This document shows positions 35,825-45,870 of a stretch of DNA of 64,000 nucleotides, one piece after another. The DNA lies in the NCBI GenBank assembly GCA_963682005.1, contig OY820914.1:4878005-4942004 (forward strand), read 5' to 3'. The position numbers and the translations under genes were made by a program. Within the stretch, counting starts at the first letter, position 1, and every line of letters begins with the position of its first letter. Source of the DNA: Bacteroidales bacterium. GTDB taxonomy: Bacteria; Bacteroidota; Bacteroidia; Bacteroidales; FEN-979. The notes beneath the pieces are model-generated. The model was not told where the DNA came from and did not search any database. It saw only the letters and a list, made by a program, of their open reading frames with translations.

Positions 35825-36094
35825 CTATTTTAATAAATCTGCTACATAGGGCATCAATGCTAAATGTCTAGCCCGTTTAACTGCCTGTGCTACTTTCCGC
35901 TGGTATTTTGTGGAGGTACCGGTGATTCTCCTGGGGAGGATCTTTCCCTGTTCGTTCACGAATTTCAAAAGGAAATCAGCGTCTTTGTAATCGATGTATT
36001 TGATACCACTTTTCTTGAAGCGGCAGTATTTTTTCTTTTTGGTATCGACCGCAATCGGGGTCAGATACTTTATTTCACCTTGTTGTTGTGCCAT
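35825..36094 (-). CDS. rpsR: 30S ribosomal protein S18
   Basis: [29 protein letters not shown]. Confidence 0.95.
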   Translation of the reverse strand: MAQQQGEIKYLTPIAVDTKKKKYCRFKKSGIKYIDYKDADFLLKFVNEQGKILPRRITGTSTKYQRKVAQAVKRARHLALMPYVADLLK

Positions 36095-36122
36095 GATCTT
36101 TCTGTGTTAAATTAAAATCGGG

Positions 36123-36476
36123 TTATTCTTCTTTTACTTTTTCCGCCTTGGCTTTATTACGCTTCTTGGTATTATAGGCAATGGCGTGTTTATCCAGGGC
36201 AACCGTCAGAAAACGGAGGATCTTTTCATCCCTTTTAAACATGATTTCCCAATCCTTAACCACGGTGGGTTCGGCTTTGAATTCAACAAGGTGATAAAAA
36301 CCGGTCGATTTTTTCTGGATGGGGTAAGTCAGCTTTCGCAATCCCCAGTTATCCTCCAAAATGATCTCGGCACCTTTGCTCACAAGGTATTTCGAATACC
36401 TTTCTACCGTTTCCTTCATCTGTTCATCAGACAAAACGGGAGTCATAATGAAAACGGTTTCATACTGTCGCAACAT
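36123..36476 (-). CDS. rpsF: 30S ribosomal protein S6
   Basis: [19 protein letters not shown]. It is the first gene of the rpsF-rpsR-rplI operon. Confidence 0.95.
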   Translation of the reverse strand: MLRQYETVFIMTPVLSDEQMKETVERYSKYLVSKGAEIILEDNWGLRKLTYPIQKKSTGFYHLVEFKAEPTVVKDWEIMFKRDEKILRFLTVALDKHAIAYNTKKRNKAKAEKVKEE

Positions 36477-36573
36477 GTGTTTGATTTTTAAGGTTTAAAA
36501 TTACTGTTATGTGTTTTTTTAATGGACGGCAAAATTAAGAAGAATAATTGGAAATACCAAGAGTTTTGATTTG

Positions 36574-36608
36574 CTGTTGGCTATTGGCTTTTAGCTATTG
36601 GCTTTTTA
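36574..36608. repeat. inverted, degenerate heptamer array (ctgttgg-type x5) overlapping the four-helix-bundle gene stop codon
   Basis: ctgttgg ctattgg cttttag ctattgg cttttta, the reverse complement of the ccaacag array at 36989-37058. Confidence 0.8.
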
Positions 36609-36963
36609 TTGATGCAGACAATGTTGAAATTAACCTATTGATTTGTTTTTCTTCTTTATCAAGGCATGTTGAGACTTTGTTGAGTGATTCTTTTGATAAA
36701 ATTTCCAGATTTTGAATGACTAAAAGATGTGTTTCGAGTTCGAAAGCAGAACCTAAAGCTATTTCGAGAAATCTTTTGTACTCTGTTTCACTGGTTCTGC
36801 TACAACCTTCTGCAATATTGGCGGGAATTGAAACTGCTGCCCTTGTAAGTTGGCTCTTCAAACCAAACTTTTCATCATTCGGCAACATTTTCGCAATTTT
36901 ATATATTTCAGTGACAAGCAATATTCCATCCTTCCAAATCTCTAAGTTCCGAAAATTTCTCAT
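36595..36963 (-). CDS. four-helix-bundle protein (23S rRNA intervening-sequence protein / Avd-like family)
   Basis: The ATG at 36963 gives MRNFRNLEIWKDG...GLKSQLTRAAVSIPANIAEGCSR...FLEIALGSAFELETHL, the family signature. The ORF-track extension to 37041 only translates the heptamer array. Confidence 0.85.
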   Translation of the reverse strand: MRNFRNLEIWKDGILLVTEIYKIAKMLPNDEKFGLKSQLTRAAVSIPANIAEGCSRTSETEYKRFLEIALGSAFELETHLLVIQNLEILSKESLNKVSTCLDKEEKQINRLISTLSASIKSQ

Positions 36964-36988
36964 TTTAACTAAATTTACAAATTTAGCG

Positions 36989-37058
36989 CCAACAGCCAAC
37001 AGCCAACAGCCAACAGCCAACAGCCAACAGCCAACAGCCAACAGCCAATAGCCAACAG
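36989..37058. repeat. heptamer array ccaacag x10 (one ccaatag), between the ispF stop and the four-helix-bundle gene start
   Basis: Ten contiguous 7-nt units. The array ends at 37058 and the ispF stop codon occupies 37059-37061. Confidence 0.95.
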
Positions 37059-37538
37059 CTAAAAGCCTTCAGCCAACAGCACTACGGCATAAGCCGAAAT
37101 CCCTTCTTCCCTGCCGATGAACCCGAGGTTCTCGCTGGTTTTTGCCTTGATGGAAAGCTGGCTTTCGCTGATCCCCATGACCTCGGAGAGGACCCGGATC
37201 ATTTCTGGAACGTACTGGTTTATTTTTGGAGACTGTAAAACGATGGTTGAATCGATATTCTGGATAGCATATGATCTGGAGCTTATCAATTCGATGGTTC
37301 TGGAAAGGAGATTCTTGCTGTCGATCCCTTTGAATTGTGGATCTGTATCGGGAAATTGGTTTCCTATATCACGGAATCCTGCCGCACCGAGCAATGCATC
37401 GCAAATGGCATGGATAAGGGCATCAGCGTCTGAATGTCCTGTGGCTCCTTTTGAATGGGGTAAGAGAATCCCCCCCAGCCAGAATTCCCGTCCGGGTTCC
37501 AGTTTATGGGTGTCGAAGCCGAAGCCGATTCTTAACAT
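37059..37538 (-). CDS. ispF: 2-C-methyl-D-erythritol 2,4-cyclodiphosphate synthase
   Basis: RIGFGFDTHKL and GHSDADALIHAICDALLGA. Confidence 0.95.
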   Translation of the reverse strand: MLRIGFGFDTHKLEPGREFWLGGILLPHSKGATGHSDADALIHAICDALLGAAGFRDIGNQFPDTDPQFKGIDSKNLLSRTIELISSRSYAIQNIDSTIVLQSPKINQYVPEMIRVLSEVMGISESQLSIKAKTSENLGFIGREEGISAYAVVLLAEGF

Positions 37539-37602
37539 AGTAGCGAAGTAGCGAAGTAGCGAAGTAGCGAAGTAGCGAAGTAGCGAAATGGTGAAGTAGC
37601 GA
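37539..37602. repeat. octamer array agtagcga x8 (one degenerate), starting at the first nucleotide upstream of the ispF ATG
   Basis: Six perfect units at 37539-37586, then aatggtga, then agtagcga. The ispF start codon occupies 37536-37538. Confidence 0.95.
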
Positions 37603-37656
37603 AATTACTAATATTACGCAGAAGGCAATTGTTCCGAAATAGTTTCAATGACAATT

Positions 37657-37688
37657 TTCGCTTTTTCGCTACTTCACTACTTCGCTAT
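37657..37688. repeat. inverted partner of the agtagcga array, abutting the porV stop codon
   Basis: ttcgctttttcgctacttcactacttcgctat. ttcgctacttca is complementary to tgaagtagcgaa in the array. The porV stop occupies 37689-37691. Confidence 0.8.
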
Positions 37689-38882
37689 TTACTTTGTTTT
37701 TGACTCCTTGTCTGCCTTTGATGGTGCATCAAAGTTGAACAGCAGGGTGAACTGCATGGTGTTCTGGAGCGGGTTGTTGCTTTTAACGGGGATCAGGTAA
37801 GAAAAGTCAAGACCGAACACATTGTACCTTAAACCGGCACCCAGCGTGAAGAACTGACGGGCTCCCTTGTACTTTGATTCCCAGAAATAGCCGGCACGAA
37901 TTGCAAACAGTTTGTTATACCAGTATTCTGCAGATGCAACCACATTGATCTCCTGCATCTCTTCCTTAAAACCATAAGGTGCATCATAGAATGACTGTAT
38001 GATCCCCTGAGGTACGGAAACATTGTTATCCATCCCTTTAACAATCACATAGTCCTGGGCTGTTGAATCATATTCCCTGATGGGAGGTGTCGGGACCAGC
38101 AGTTTATTCAGGTCAAGCGCAAATGAAAGCCGGTTGTAATCATCGATATCCATTGTAAATGACGGCCCGATTCGAAGATTGGTCGGAATAAAATCTTTCA
38201 TCACCGTCGTGCTGCTATATGAAATTTTGGTCCCGATATTGGAGATATCAACACCGAAATTGATTGAAGATCCGGCAAGGCCGGAAATCTCAAGTTCCTT
38301 ATGATAATAAAGAGCGATATCGGCAGCCACTGAAATGCCAGGCCGGGTTTCCACGGTTGAATTTAACCCCGGTGTAAGGTTTGAATAGATGAACCGGGCT
38401 GCCACGGCCGCAGAGATAACAGGACTGAATTTCCGTGAGTAGGCGGCATCGACTGCAAATTCATTGGGTTTGTAATTCCCAAGGGACTGACCAAGGTCAT
38501 TCGTGTATTCTACAGATCCCAGCGAGAAAAAACGCAGTGACATGGCAATCGCCTGTTTGTCATTGATTTTCCAGTAACCTGAGAGCGAGGAAAGACCGAT
38601 ATCATTTACGAGTCCGTGAAGCCAGGGAACATACCCGATGCCGATTCCGAATTGTTTTTCTGCAAATGCATACTTTGCCGGATTCCAGAACATCGAATAG
38701 GCATCCGGTGTTGTGGAAACCCCGATATTACCCAATCCTCCACCTCTGGCATCCGGAGCGATAAGCAGGAACGGGACAGCTGTGGTTATGGGATTTGCTT
38801 CTTCCTGGCCAAAACTTTTTGTGGTAATAATTACGCATGTCAGCAATAACATTAAGTAGATCTTCATTTTTTGCATTCTCAT
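37689..38882 (-). CDS. porV: T9SS outer-membrane shuttle/channel protein PorV
   Basis: PFLLIAPDARGGGLGNIGVSTTPDAYSMFWNPAKYAF. It is about 390 aa and lies immediately downstream of porU-family genes, as in model organisms. Confidence 0.85.
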   Translation of the reverse strand: MRMQKMKIYLMLLLTCVIITTKSFGQEEANPITTAVPFLLIAPDARGGGLGNIGVSTTPDAYSMFWNPAKYAFAEKQFGIGIGYVPWLHGLVNDIGLSSLSGYWKINDKQAIAMSLRFFSLGSVEYTNDLGQSLGNYKPNEFAVDAAYSRKFSPVISAAVAARFIYSNLTPGLNSTVETRPGISVAADIALYYHKELEISGLAGSSINFGVDISNIGTKISYSSTTVMKDFIPTNLRIGPSFTMDIDDYNRLSFALDLNKLLVPTPPIREYDSTAQDYVIVKGMDNNVSVPQGIIQSFYDAPYGFKEEMQEINVVASAEYWYNKLFAIRAGYFWESKYKGARQFFTLGAGLRYNVFGLDFSYLIPVKSNNPLQNTMQFTLLFNFDAPSKADKESKTK

Positions 38883-38974
38883 AGATTATTTGGTCAAACA
38901 ATATGCATCAGAAAAAACTAACGCACTTTTTATAGTTATATTGCCTGCATAAAAAACGAAGTGCAGGTTCTCTG

Positions 38975-41900
38975 TCAGTTTAAAATGATAAGCTTTTGTG
39001 ATGTCTGTGAGGAAGCACCATTCCCTCCCTTCACGATCAGGTTATAAATGTATATTCCACTTGCCGCCTTATTTCCGCTATCGGTTTTCCCGTCCCAGGG
39101 AATAAAAACAGGCTGGGATCCATATTCCGTTACCTCTTTCTCTATTGTTTTAATAATATTCCCCGTTACAGAAGAAATCCGGATCTGTATCTTGAGTGTT
39201 CCTGCATTCTGCATCGGGCTTAGCTGAAACGTTGTTGATCCCGAGAACGGATTTGGGAAATTCATGACCTTCTGAACACTTAACTGAGGCTGATCCATAA
39301 CGAAAAAGCTGATCTCCGCCTCAGACGAATTATTATAAAGGTCCCATGCTTTCAGGCTGATGGTATGATAACCCGTCGACAGGTTCATGAGCTGATACTT
39401 CAGGCTTCCCGAACGGTAATTATCAAGTTCCGGTTCAAAATAGTCGTTCAGTACAACGGGAGAAGAGGAATTATGATCCAGGACGGCAAGAAGTTCATGT
39501 CCGATACCAAGCCCGACACTGTTGACCCCGTCATTGTCATTAATATCAGCCAGGAAATATGGATCTGAGGATGTCCTCCCTCCGGATGTGAAATCCCTGT
39601 CCTCCATAAAAAGTTTTATCTCAGGTCCCGGATCCTCTGTATTGACGGACGGATCATTTCCACCGATGATTATATTGCTGAAATATCCGTTTGCATCTGA
39701 TGTACCGTCCTGGCAATAATAGCTCAGTTTTCCCTTCCCGAACCTCAGGTTGATCTCTTTGGGAATGACGCAGGAAAACTCGAAGGAGCCATCCTTCACC
39801 GTTGTTTTACTGTAGGTCAGCAGGCTGTTCTGAAGCTGGAAGTTCTGAGGATAGCTTCCATTGGATCCCGGCTTGTTCCCAAGGGTCCTGAACGTTGCTG
39901 TCTTATCGAACAGCCTGGTAAATAGAGTCCCGTTGTATGATGACAGCTTGTTTCCCAACTGGTCTTCAATCTGACCTTTGACTTTAAGGATTGACAATCC
40001 AAGGATCGTATCAGCCGCGCCGGAATAGGGTGTTTCATTGATTTCGGTTGTCACAACCCTGTTTTTCGGAAATGCGATTTCCTGGGCGGGATCACCAAGC
40101 AGCACGAAATTCCTGATATTGCTGTTATTGTTGTTATTATTTTTCGATATCCGGATCAGATCACCCATGGTTAAAAGGGGTTGCCCGGCCGGAGGAATAA
40201 GATGAGAAAAGAAACTGGTATCAAGCTTGAAATTCGATGTTGCCATGGCTTGCCTTGTCGTTGAATAGAGGGCGATGGCACCACCGGTGGGATGATTGAT
40301 GACCATTTCTCCTGCCGAGAAACGTTCAGGATTATCAAAACGGCTGAATTCACAGGTTGCCGTGATAAAAACCGGGAGTTTATCTGCGTTTGTCCAGCCC
40401 TCAATATCCCCGACCGTCAGGCATTTCTCGCCCGACCACCCGTCTTCTCCGCCATGGCCGGTATAATTGATGATCAGGGAACCGTCTGCAACGACTTTGT
40501 TTATGGTTTTATTCACTTCAGGGAACCGCTCTCCGGCCGGAGTGGAGATCAACGGATAGGCATCAAAATATATTTTATTGACATTGTATCCCGGGTACCG
40601 CTCACCTACGATCTTGGCCAGTTGTTCAGCCTGCTGTAAATGAAGGTTGCTGTTTTCATCATCCGCCACGAATGTCATCCTGTTCCTCCAGTCTGACAGG
40701 ATGGTATCAGAAACAGATGAGTAGTGAATGATCTTGTCGACCATGATCGTTGCCTGTTCGACTGTTGTCACCGGGAAGCGTCCAATCCCCACGTCAATGG
40801 ATCCATTGGCTGCCAGACCTTCATTATCCTCCATGATCCCGAAGTAATCTTCCGTAACATATGACTGGATCTGGCTCATCGATTCCATTGACTGGAAAGT
40901 AGGGATCATGTTATTATTGCCGGGTATCCGGTTTTTCGGATCGTACGACCCGTCGCCAAAAAGAAGAAGATATTTGGGTGCGTTTGAAGGAGCCCCCCTG
41001 TCGAACAGCATTTTCACGAAATCCCTGACAGCTGTCAGATCATGATTTCCGCTTGCAAATTCATTATAGACCTGGGTCGTGGTTGCAACTGCCACACTAA
41101 GGTTATTGCTCTGTTTGTGGAATTCTGCAAGCCGGTTTGCCTGGTCAAGAAACAATGGATGTGTAACGATCACCAGGTTTTTTGGTTCAAAACCATGAAG
41201 GTTTTGATTCGCAACCGGTTCTGTCAGAATGACCGGGTAATATGAGCCTCCGTCAAAGGCAAAAAATTCTTTAAGGGTATCAGTATTGATGATAAAGGAA
41301 AGCGTGTCATGCGACAATAACCCTTCCATTTGCCTGATGTTGGAGCGATCCGATATGTCGAGAACTTTTACATTTTGGTTGGCTCCTGAAAGTATGAATT
41401 GAGAAATGCTGTTCTTGCCGATTGACCCTGCATCCCGGAAACCAAGTTGTGATTCAGACCAGTGAAGATTCCTGCGACAATTGATTTCAATGAAATTGAG
41501 CCACCCGATGGAATTGGAAGATGGCAGCCTGTACGCCAGGTTCAGATGAACCGGGGAACCCTGTCCATGGAAAAAAGTGACTTTCTGCTTCACCTGGCCG
41601 AAATTCTGATTATTCTGAAGGTCGGTATAATCAACCGAAATGGAATCAACTGTCTTATTGCCGGAAGAGAGGAAAAACTTGCTGACCACACCTGCACGGG
41701 CGGCAACATTTGTAATGACCCGGATTACTGAAGATGTATCGATATCAGGAAAAGAAAAAATAAAATCATAGGCATTGTTTGCATTGTTGAATTCTTCTCC
41801 ATACCATGTTCTTCCCGATCTGATAAGGTTGCGTTCATCAATTTCATGAAATTGAAAATCATCAAATTTCGTTACTATATGATTGGGGATGGTATCCAAT

Positions 41901-42379
41901 GACGCTTCAGGCTGTATCCGCTTTCCTTTTACAAGACCGGCATTGATAAAATAGTAGGAAGAATCGGAGTAAAGGTTTTTCGTGTGGGAGAACAGATGCG
42001 TCGCAGCATAGTCATAGGTCCATTTATCAGGTGCTTCCCCATAAAAAAGGATATAATCACCCGGATCGAGTTTTCCATCATTGCCATCATTCACGAAACA
42101 GGCTGTTTCCTGCAGGTCGTCGATCCTGGAAGCAGAATTTGCTTCAGGGAGCATCCCCGCCCCGTTCCCGAAGACCCTGATGGTAGAATCAGCTATGCTG
42201 GCCATGTCGAACCCCATAGCCACAAAATCGTCATATGTGATCTTGTGTATCCCGGTTTCCTGGATGGCGATTTTATACCATTTCCCTGCACTCAGAACTG
42301 AAGAATCCTTGTGTGGTCTTCCCCCGAATGTCAGGAAAGAAATTGAAAATAAAATAGTTGATAATAAATATCTCATCAA
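38975..42379 (-). CDS. PorU-family C25 peptidase (T9SS sortase paralogue 1, short N-terminus)
   Basis: 1134 aa, with YTGHGGEDGW, ITATCEFSRFD and the C-terminal sorting domain NFPNPFSGSTTFQ. It is collinear with the two upstream paralogues. Confidence 0.8.
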   Translation of the reverse strand: MMRYLLSTILFSISFLTFGGRPHKDSSVLSAGKWYKIAIQETGIHKITYDDFVAMGFDMASIADSTIRVFGNGAGMLPEANSASRIDDLQETACFVNDGNDGKLDPGDYILFYGEAPDKWTYDYAATHLFSHTKNLYSDSSYYFINAGLVKGKRIQPEASLDTIPNHIVTKFDDFQFHEIDERNLIRSGRTWYGEEFNNANNAYDFIFSFPDIDTSSVIRVITNVAARAGVVSKFFLSSGNKTVDSISVDYTDLQNNQNFGQVKQKVTFFHGQGSPVHLNLAYRLPSSNSIGWLNFIEINCRRNLHWSESQLGFRDAGSIGKNSISQFILSGANQNVKVLDISDRSNIRQMEGLLSHDTLSFIINTDTLKEFFAFDGGSYYPVILTEPVANQNLHGFEPKNLVIVTHPLFLDQANRLAEFHKQSNNLSVAVATTTQVYNEFASGNHDLTAVRDFVKMLFDRGAPSNAPKYLLLFGDGSYDPKNRIPGNNNMIPTFQSMESMSQIQSYVTEDYFGIMEDNEGLAANGSIDVGIGRFPVTTVEQATIMVDKIIHYSSVSDTILSDWRNRMTFVADDENSNLHLQQAEQLAKIVGERYPGYNVNKIYFDAYPLISTPAGERFPEVNKTINKVVADGSLIINYTGHGGEDGWSGEKCLTVGDIEGWTNADKLPVFITATCEFSRFDNPERFSAGEMVINHPTGGAIALYSTTRQAMATSNFKLDTSFFSHLIPPAGQPLLTMGDLIRISKNNNNNNSNIRNFVLLGDPAQEIAFPKNRVVTTEINETPYSGAADTILGLSILKVKGQIEDQLGNKLSSYNGTLFTRLFDKTATFRTLGNKPGSNGSYPQNFQLQNSLLTYSKTTVKDGSFEFSCVIPKEINLRFGKGKLSYYCQDGTSDANGYFSNIIIGGNDPSVNTEDPGPEIKLFMEDRDFTSGGRTSSDPYFLADINDNDGVNSVGLGIGHELLAVLDHNSSSPVVLNDYFEPELDNYRSGSLKYQLMNLSTGYHTISLKAWDLYNNSSEAEISFFVMDQPQLSVQKVMNFPNPFSGSTTFQLSPMQNAGTLKIQIRISSVTGNIIKTIEKEVTEYGSQPVFIPWDGKTDSGNKAASGIYIYNLIVKGGNGASSQTSQKLIILN

Positions 42380-42411
42380 ATGTTTTTGTTCAAATGCAAA
42401 GATACGAATAT

Positions 42412-45400
42412 TTAAAATATAACCATTTTGCCGGCCGTTTGCATAAAGGCATTGTTTTCATCCCGGATGACCACCTGGTAGATGTAAAATCCGGCTGAAA
42501 CTTTGCTCCCGTTGTCATCACGTCCGTCCCAGCCTATTGTTACGGGGGTGTTACCGTATTCACTAATGTGAGATTCAATGGTTTTAAGGCTCCTTCCCTG
42601 AGCCGCGAAGATGCGGATCACAACATCAAGATCACCGGTATTCGCGACCGGGGTAAACCGGAAAGTCGTCTGATCATGGAAAGGATTCGGAAAATTCCCG
42701 ACCTCCTGAACAGTGATCACCGGAGGATCGGACACAAAAAACCGGATCTCCGATGAATATGAATTGTTATAATAGTCCCAGGCTTTGACATTCAGAACAT
42801 GTAACCCTGTTGAAAGTCCTGAAAACGGGAAAGCAACAGTGCCTCTGTCGAACCGGTCCATCTCAGGCGTATAATATTCATTCAGGACAATCGAATGAGA
42901 CTGGTCTTCATCGAGTACGGCCAGGATTTCATGACCGATACCAAGCCCTGTAGCATTAATCCCATTATCATCTCTTAGGAAAGCAAGTAATTCAGGATTG
43001 GGGGATGTAACTCCCCCACTTACAAAATCTGTATGATCCATAAACAACTTTATCTCGGGGCCCGGATTTTCAGGAACAATACCGGGAACAGACCCTCCGA
43101 TCAAAACAGAGTCACAGAATCCGTTCCCATCTTGCTGAGGATCGGCTGCATAAAAACTGATCCTGCCAGCGCCAACCTGCAGGGCGATATCTTTCGGAAC
43201 AACAAATGAAACCTGGAATTCCCCATTGGTAACTGTACTCTTCTGTTCAGAGATCACACAATCCCTGAGGTTGAAATTCTCAGGGTAACTGCCTTCCTGC
43301 TCAGGTTTGTTCCCGATGGTTCTGTAGGTTCGTATTTTATCAAAAACCTTCGTTGAAACAACACCATTGAAATTATGAAGCTTGTTTCCTGCCGGGTCCT
43401 GGATTTCTCCTTGAACAGTAACAGTTGATAATCCCCGTAAAGTATCCAGTATGCCGTTCATGCTGTGACCATTTATTTCCGTGGCAGCAATTCTGTATGT
43501 TGGAAAAGCAACATGCTGAGCTGGATCTCCAAGGAGAACAAAATTCCTGAGAATAGCAAGGTTGTGCGTATTGTTCTTGGCCATCCGGATCATATCACCA
43601 AAGGATGGAACCGGGGAACCGTCAGAAGGGATAAGATTTCTGAATATGCTGGTGTCCAGTTTTATATTGGAAGAAGCAATAGCCTGCCGGGTTGTTGTAA
43701 AAAGCGCAACGGCGCCTCCCTCGCTACGGTTGATGACCATTTCCCCGGCCGAATACCGCTCCGGATTGTCAAAACGGCTGAATTCGCATGTGGCCGTGAT
43801 AACAACCGGCAACCTGTCGGGGTTTCTCCATCCCGCGATATCTGAAGTTGTTACAACCTTTTCAAGGGCCAGGCCATCCTCGCCGCCATGCCCCGTATAA
43901 GTCAGCATCAGGGTCCCTTTGTTGATCGCGTTGTTGATCGCCTTATTGACTTCCGGAAAACGGTCTCCCGACGGCGTATGAACAAGCGGGTATGAATCCA
44001 GGTAGATCTTATTCACATTATAAACCGGATATTTTTGTTCGGTAATTTCATCCAGTTCCTCCGTCTGGTGCATATGCAGGTTGTTGTTTTCGTCATCTGC
44101 CACGAAGGTCATGATGTTCTTCCACCCGCTCATGGCTGTATCGGCAACCATTTCATAATGAATGACCTTGTCAACAAGTGATTTCGCCTGGTCGGCGGTT
44201 GTCACTGGAAAACGTCCGATCCCGATGTCAATGGTCCCGTCTGAATTTCCACCTTCACCGTCCTCCAGTATTCCGAAATAGTCGTCAGTAACATAGGATT
44301 GGAATGAATTCAGCGATTCGGGGCTCTGAAAGGTCGGTATCATATTATTATTGCCGGGAATCCTGTTCTTCGGATCATAGGATCCATCGCCGAAAAGCAA
44401 CATATAGCGGAGTCCGTTACTTCCCATAGTTTCTTTGTCGTAGATCATCTTTGCAAAATCCCGGATCGCGGTGAGGTCCGGCTGCCCGGAGGAAAATTCA
44501 TTGTAAACCTGAAATACATCTGCAACCTCAACTGATATACCATCATGCTGAACATGAAAGTCAGCAAGCCGTTTTGCCTGCTCCTTAAACATCGGATGAG
44601 TGACAATAACCATCGTAACGGAATCGATGGCATGAAGATCCTGGTTTTGTACTCTTTCAATGACTTCAACCGGAAAAAGGTAAGAATTGTCGAAGGCGAT
44701 AAATTCTTTCAGGGAATCCGTACGGATATTGAACCTGGTAGTATCATTCGAATTTAGCCCCTGAATATTCCTGATATCACCCCTGTCAGTTATATCCCAG
44801 ATAAATACATCATTGGGTACATTGGCGAGAATGAATTGCGTTATATTTTTTTTCCCGACAGAAGCAGCATCTCTGAAACTCATCTGGGGGCCCATCCATC
44901 TCAGGGCCCTTCGACAGTTAACCTCGATGAAATTAAGCCATCCCATGGCGTTTTGTGATGGCATACGGTATGAAAGATCAATATCCAGCCGTGATTCTTC
45001 AGGGGTGTATAAAGTCGTCCTTTGAGCACCCCTGGCAAAATCAGCAACGGATGATTGAATAATATGATCAACCACCACTGAATCTTCGATCTGGCCATTT
45101 ATGGTAAGAATAAATTTGCTGTCTGCAACCGACCGTGCTGCAACATTTGTAATTATCCGCACGTCCGATAAAGGATCAAGGCCGGAAAAATTAAATGCAA
45201 ATGAATATGTATCCTTTGTATGGTCGAATACTTCACCATACCAGGTCCTTCCTGAACTTATCAGGTTTCGTTCGTCGGCCTCATGAAAAGCGAAATCATC
45301 CGTAAATGCTGAAACCATGTTTGGTATTGTATCAAGGGATGCCAATGATTGTACCCGTTTCCCCTTTTCCTGGTCTGCATTGATATAATAATAGGAATAA

Positions 45401-45813
45401 TCAGAAAACAAGTTCTTAGTATGAACAAATGTGTGGGTGGTAGCATTGTTGAACGTCCAGCTATCGGGTGAATCTCCGAAAAAAAGAATATAATCGCCCG
45501 GGTCCATCCGGCCATCATTACCATCAACGACTAAAACCGGGGTTTCGTTGAGGTCGTCATGCATCCGGGCACCATTGACTTCAGGAAGCATGCTTCCACC
45601 ATTGCCAAACAGCCTGATATTGGAATCATTCAGCTGGGATAAATTGAATCCCATGGCAACCAGGTCATCATAGGTAATTTTGTAAATACCTGACTGTTTA
45701 ACGCCGATCTTATACCAATATCCCGCTGACAGCACTGAGTGTTTCCTGTAATTTTCACCGCCAAATGCTACAATTGAGATAAGTGTCAGCCAAAGGAAAA
45801 TGACCGGTTTCAT
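42412..45813 (-). CDS. PorU-family C25 peptidase (T9SS sortase paralogue 2, short N-terminus)
   Basis: 1133 aa, with YTGHGGEDGL, ITATCEFSRFD and the C-terminal domain NFPNPFHDQTTFRF. It looks closest to paralogue 1 when aligned by eye. Confidence 0.8.
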   Translation of the reverse strand: MKPVIFLWLTLISIVAFGGENYRKHSVLSAGYWYKIGVKQSGIYKITYDDLVAMGFNLSQLNDSNIRLFGNGGSMLPEVNGARMHDDLNETPVLVVDGNDGRMDPGDYILFFGDSPDSWTFNNATTHTFVHTKNLFSDYSYYYINADQEKGKRVQSLASLDTIPNMVSAFTDDFAFHEADERNLISSGRTWYGEVFDHTKDTYSFAFNFSGLDPLSDVRIITNVAARSVADSKFILTINGQIEDSVVVDHIIQSSVADFARGAQRTTLYTPEESRLDIDLSYRMPSQNAMGWLNFIEVNCRRALRWMGPQMSFRDAASVGKKNITQFILANVPNDVFIWDITDRGDIRNIQGLNSNDTTRFNIRTDSLKEFIAFDNSYLFPVEVIERVQNQDLHAIDSVTMVIVTHPMFKEQAKRLADFHVQHDGISVEVADVFQVYNEFSSGQPDLTAIRDFAKMIYDKETMGSNGLRYMLLFGDGSYDPKNRIPGNNNMIPTFQSPESLNSFQSYVTDDYFGILEDGEGGNSDGTIDIGIGRFPVTTADQAKSLVDKVIHYEMVADTAMSGWKNIMTFVADDENNNLHMHQTEELDEITEQKYPVYNVNKIYLDSYPLVHTPSGDRFPEVNKAINNAINKGTLMLTYTGHGGEDGLALEKVVTTSDIAGWRNPDRLPVVITATCEFSRFDNPERYSAGEMVINRSEGGAVALFTTTRQAIASSNIKLDTSIFRNLIPSDGSPVPSFGDMIRMAKNNTHNLAILRNFVLLGDPAQHVAFPTYRIAATEINGHSMNGILDTLRGLSTVTVQGEIQDPAGNKLHNFNGVVSTKVFDKIRTYRTIGNKPEQEGSYPENFNLRDCVISEQKSTVTNGEFQVSFVVPKDIALQVGAGRISFYAADPQQDGNGFCDSVLIGGSVPGIVPENPGPEIKLFMDHTDFVSGGVTSPNPELLAFLRDDNGINATGLGIGHEILAVLDEDQSHSIVLNEYYTPEMDRFDRGTVAFPFSGLSTGLHVLNVKAWDYYNNSYSSEIRFFVSDPPVITVQEVGNFPNPFHDQTTFRFTPVANTGDLDVVIRIFAAQGRSLKTIESHISEYGNTPVTIGWDGRDDNGSKVSAGFYIYQVVIRDENNAFMQTAGKMVIF

Positions 45814-45870
45814 TGAATGTCGGTTTTCATAGGATGAAAATTCCGTTTCAGGTGAATAGAATCATTTACA

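Noticed and set aside
36595-36963. Four-helix-bundle gene as the Avd component of a diversity-generating retroelement
   Set aside because: No reverse transcriptase gene and no template/variable repeat pair is detectable within the window.
36964-37051. N-terminal extension MAVGCWLLAVGCWLLAVG of the four-helix-bundle ORF, and the opposite-strand ORF ending in QQPTANSQQPTANS
   Set aside because: Both are translations of the ccaacag heptamer array. The family-typical N-terminus starts at the ATG at 36963.
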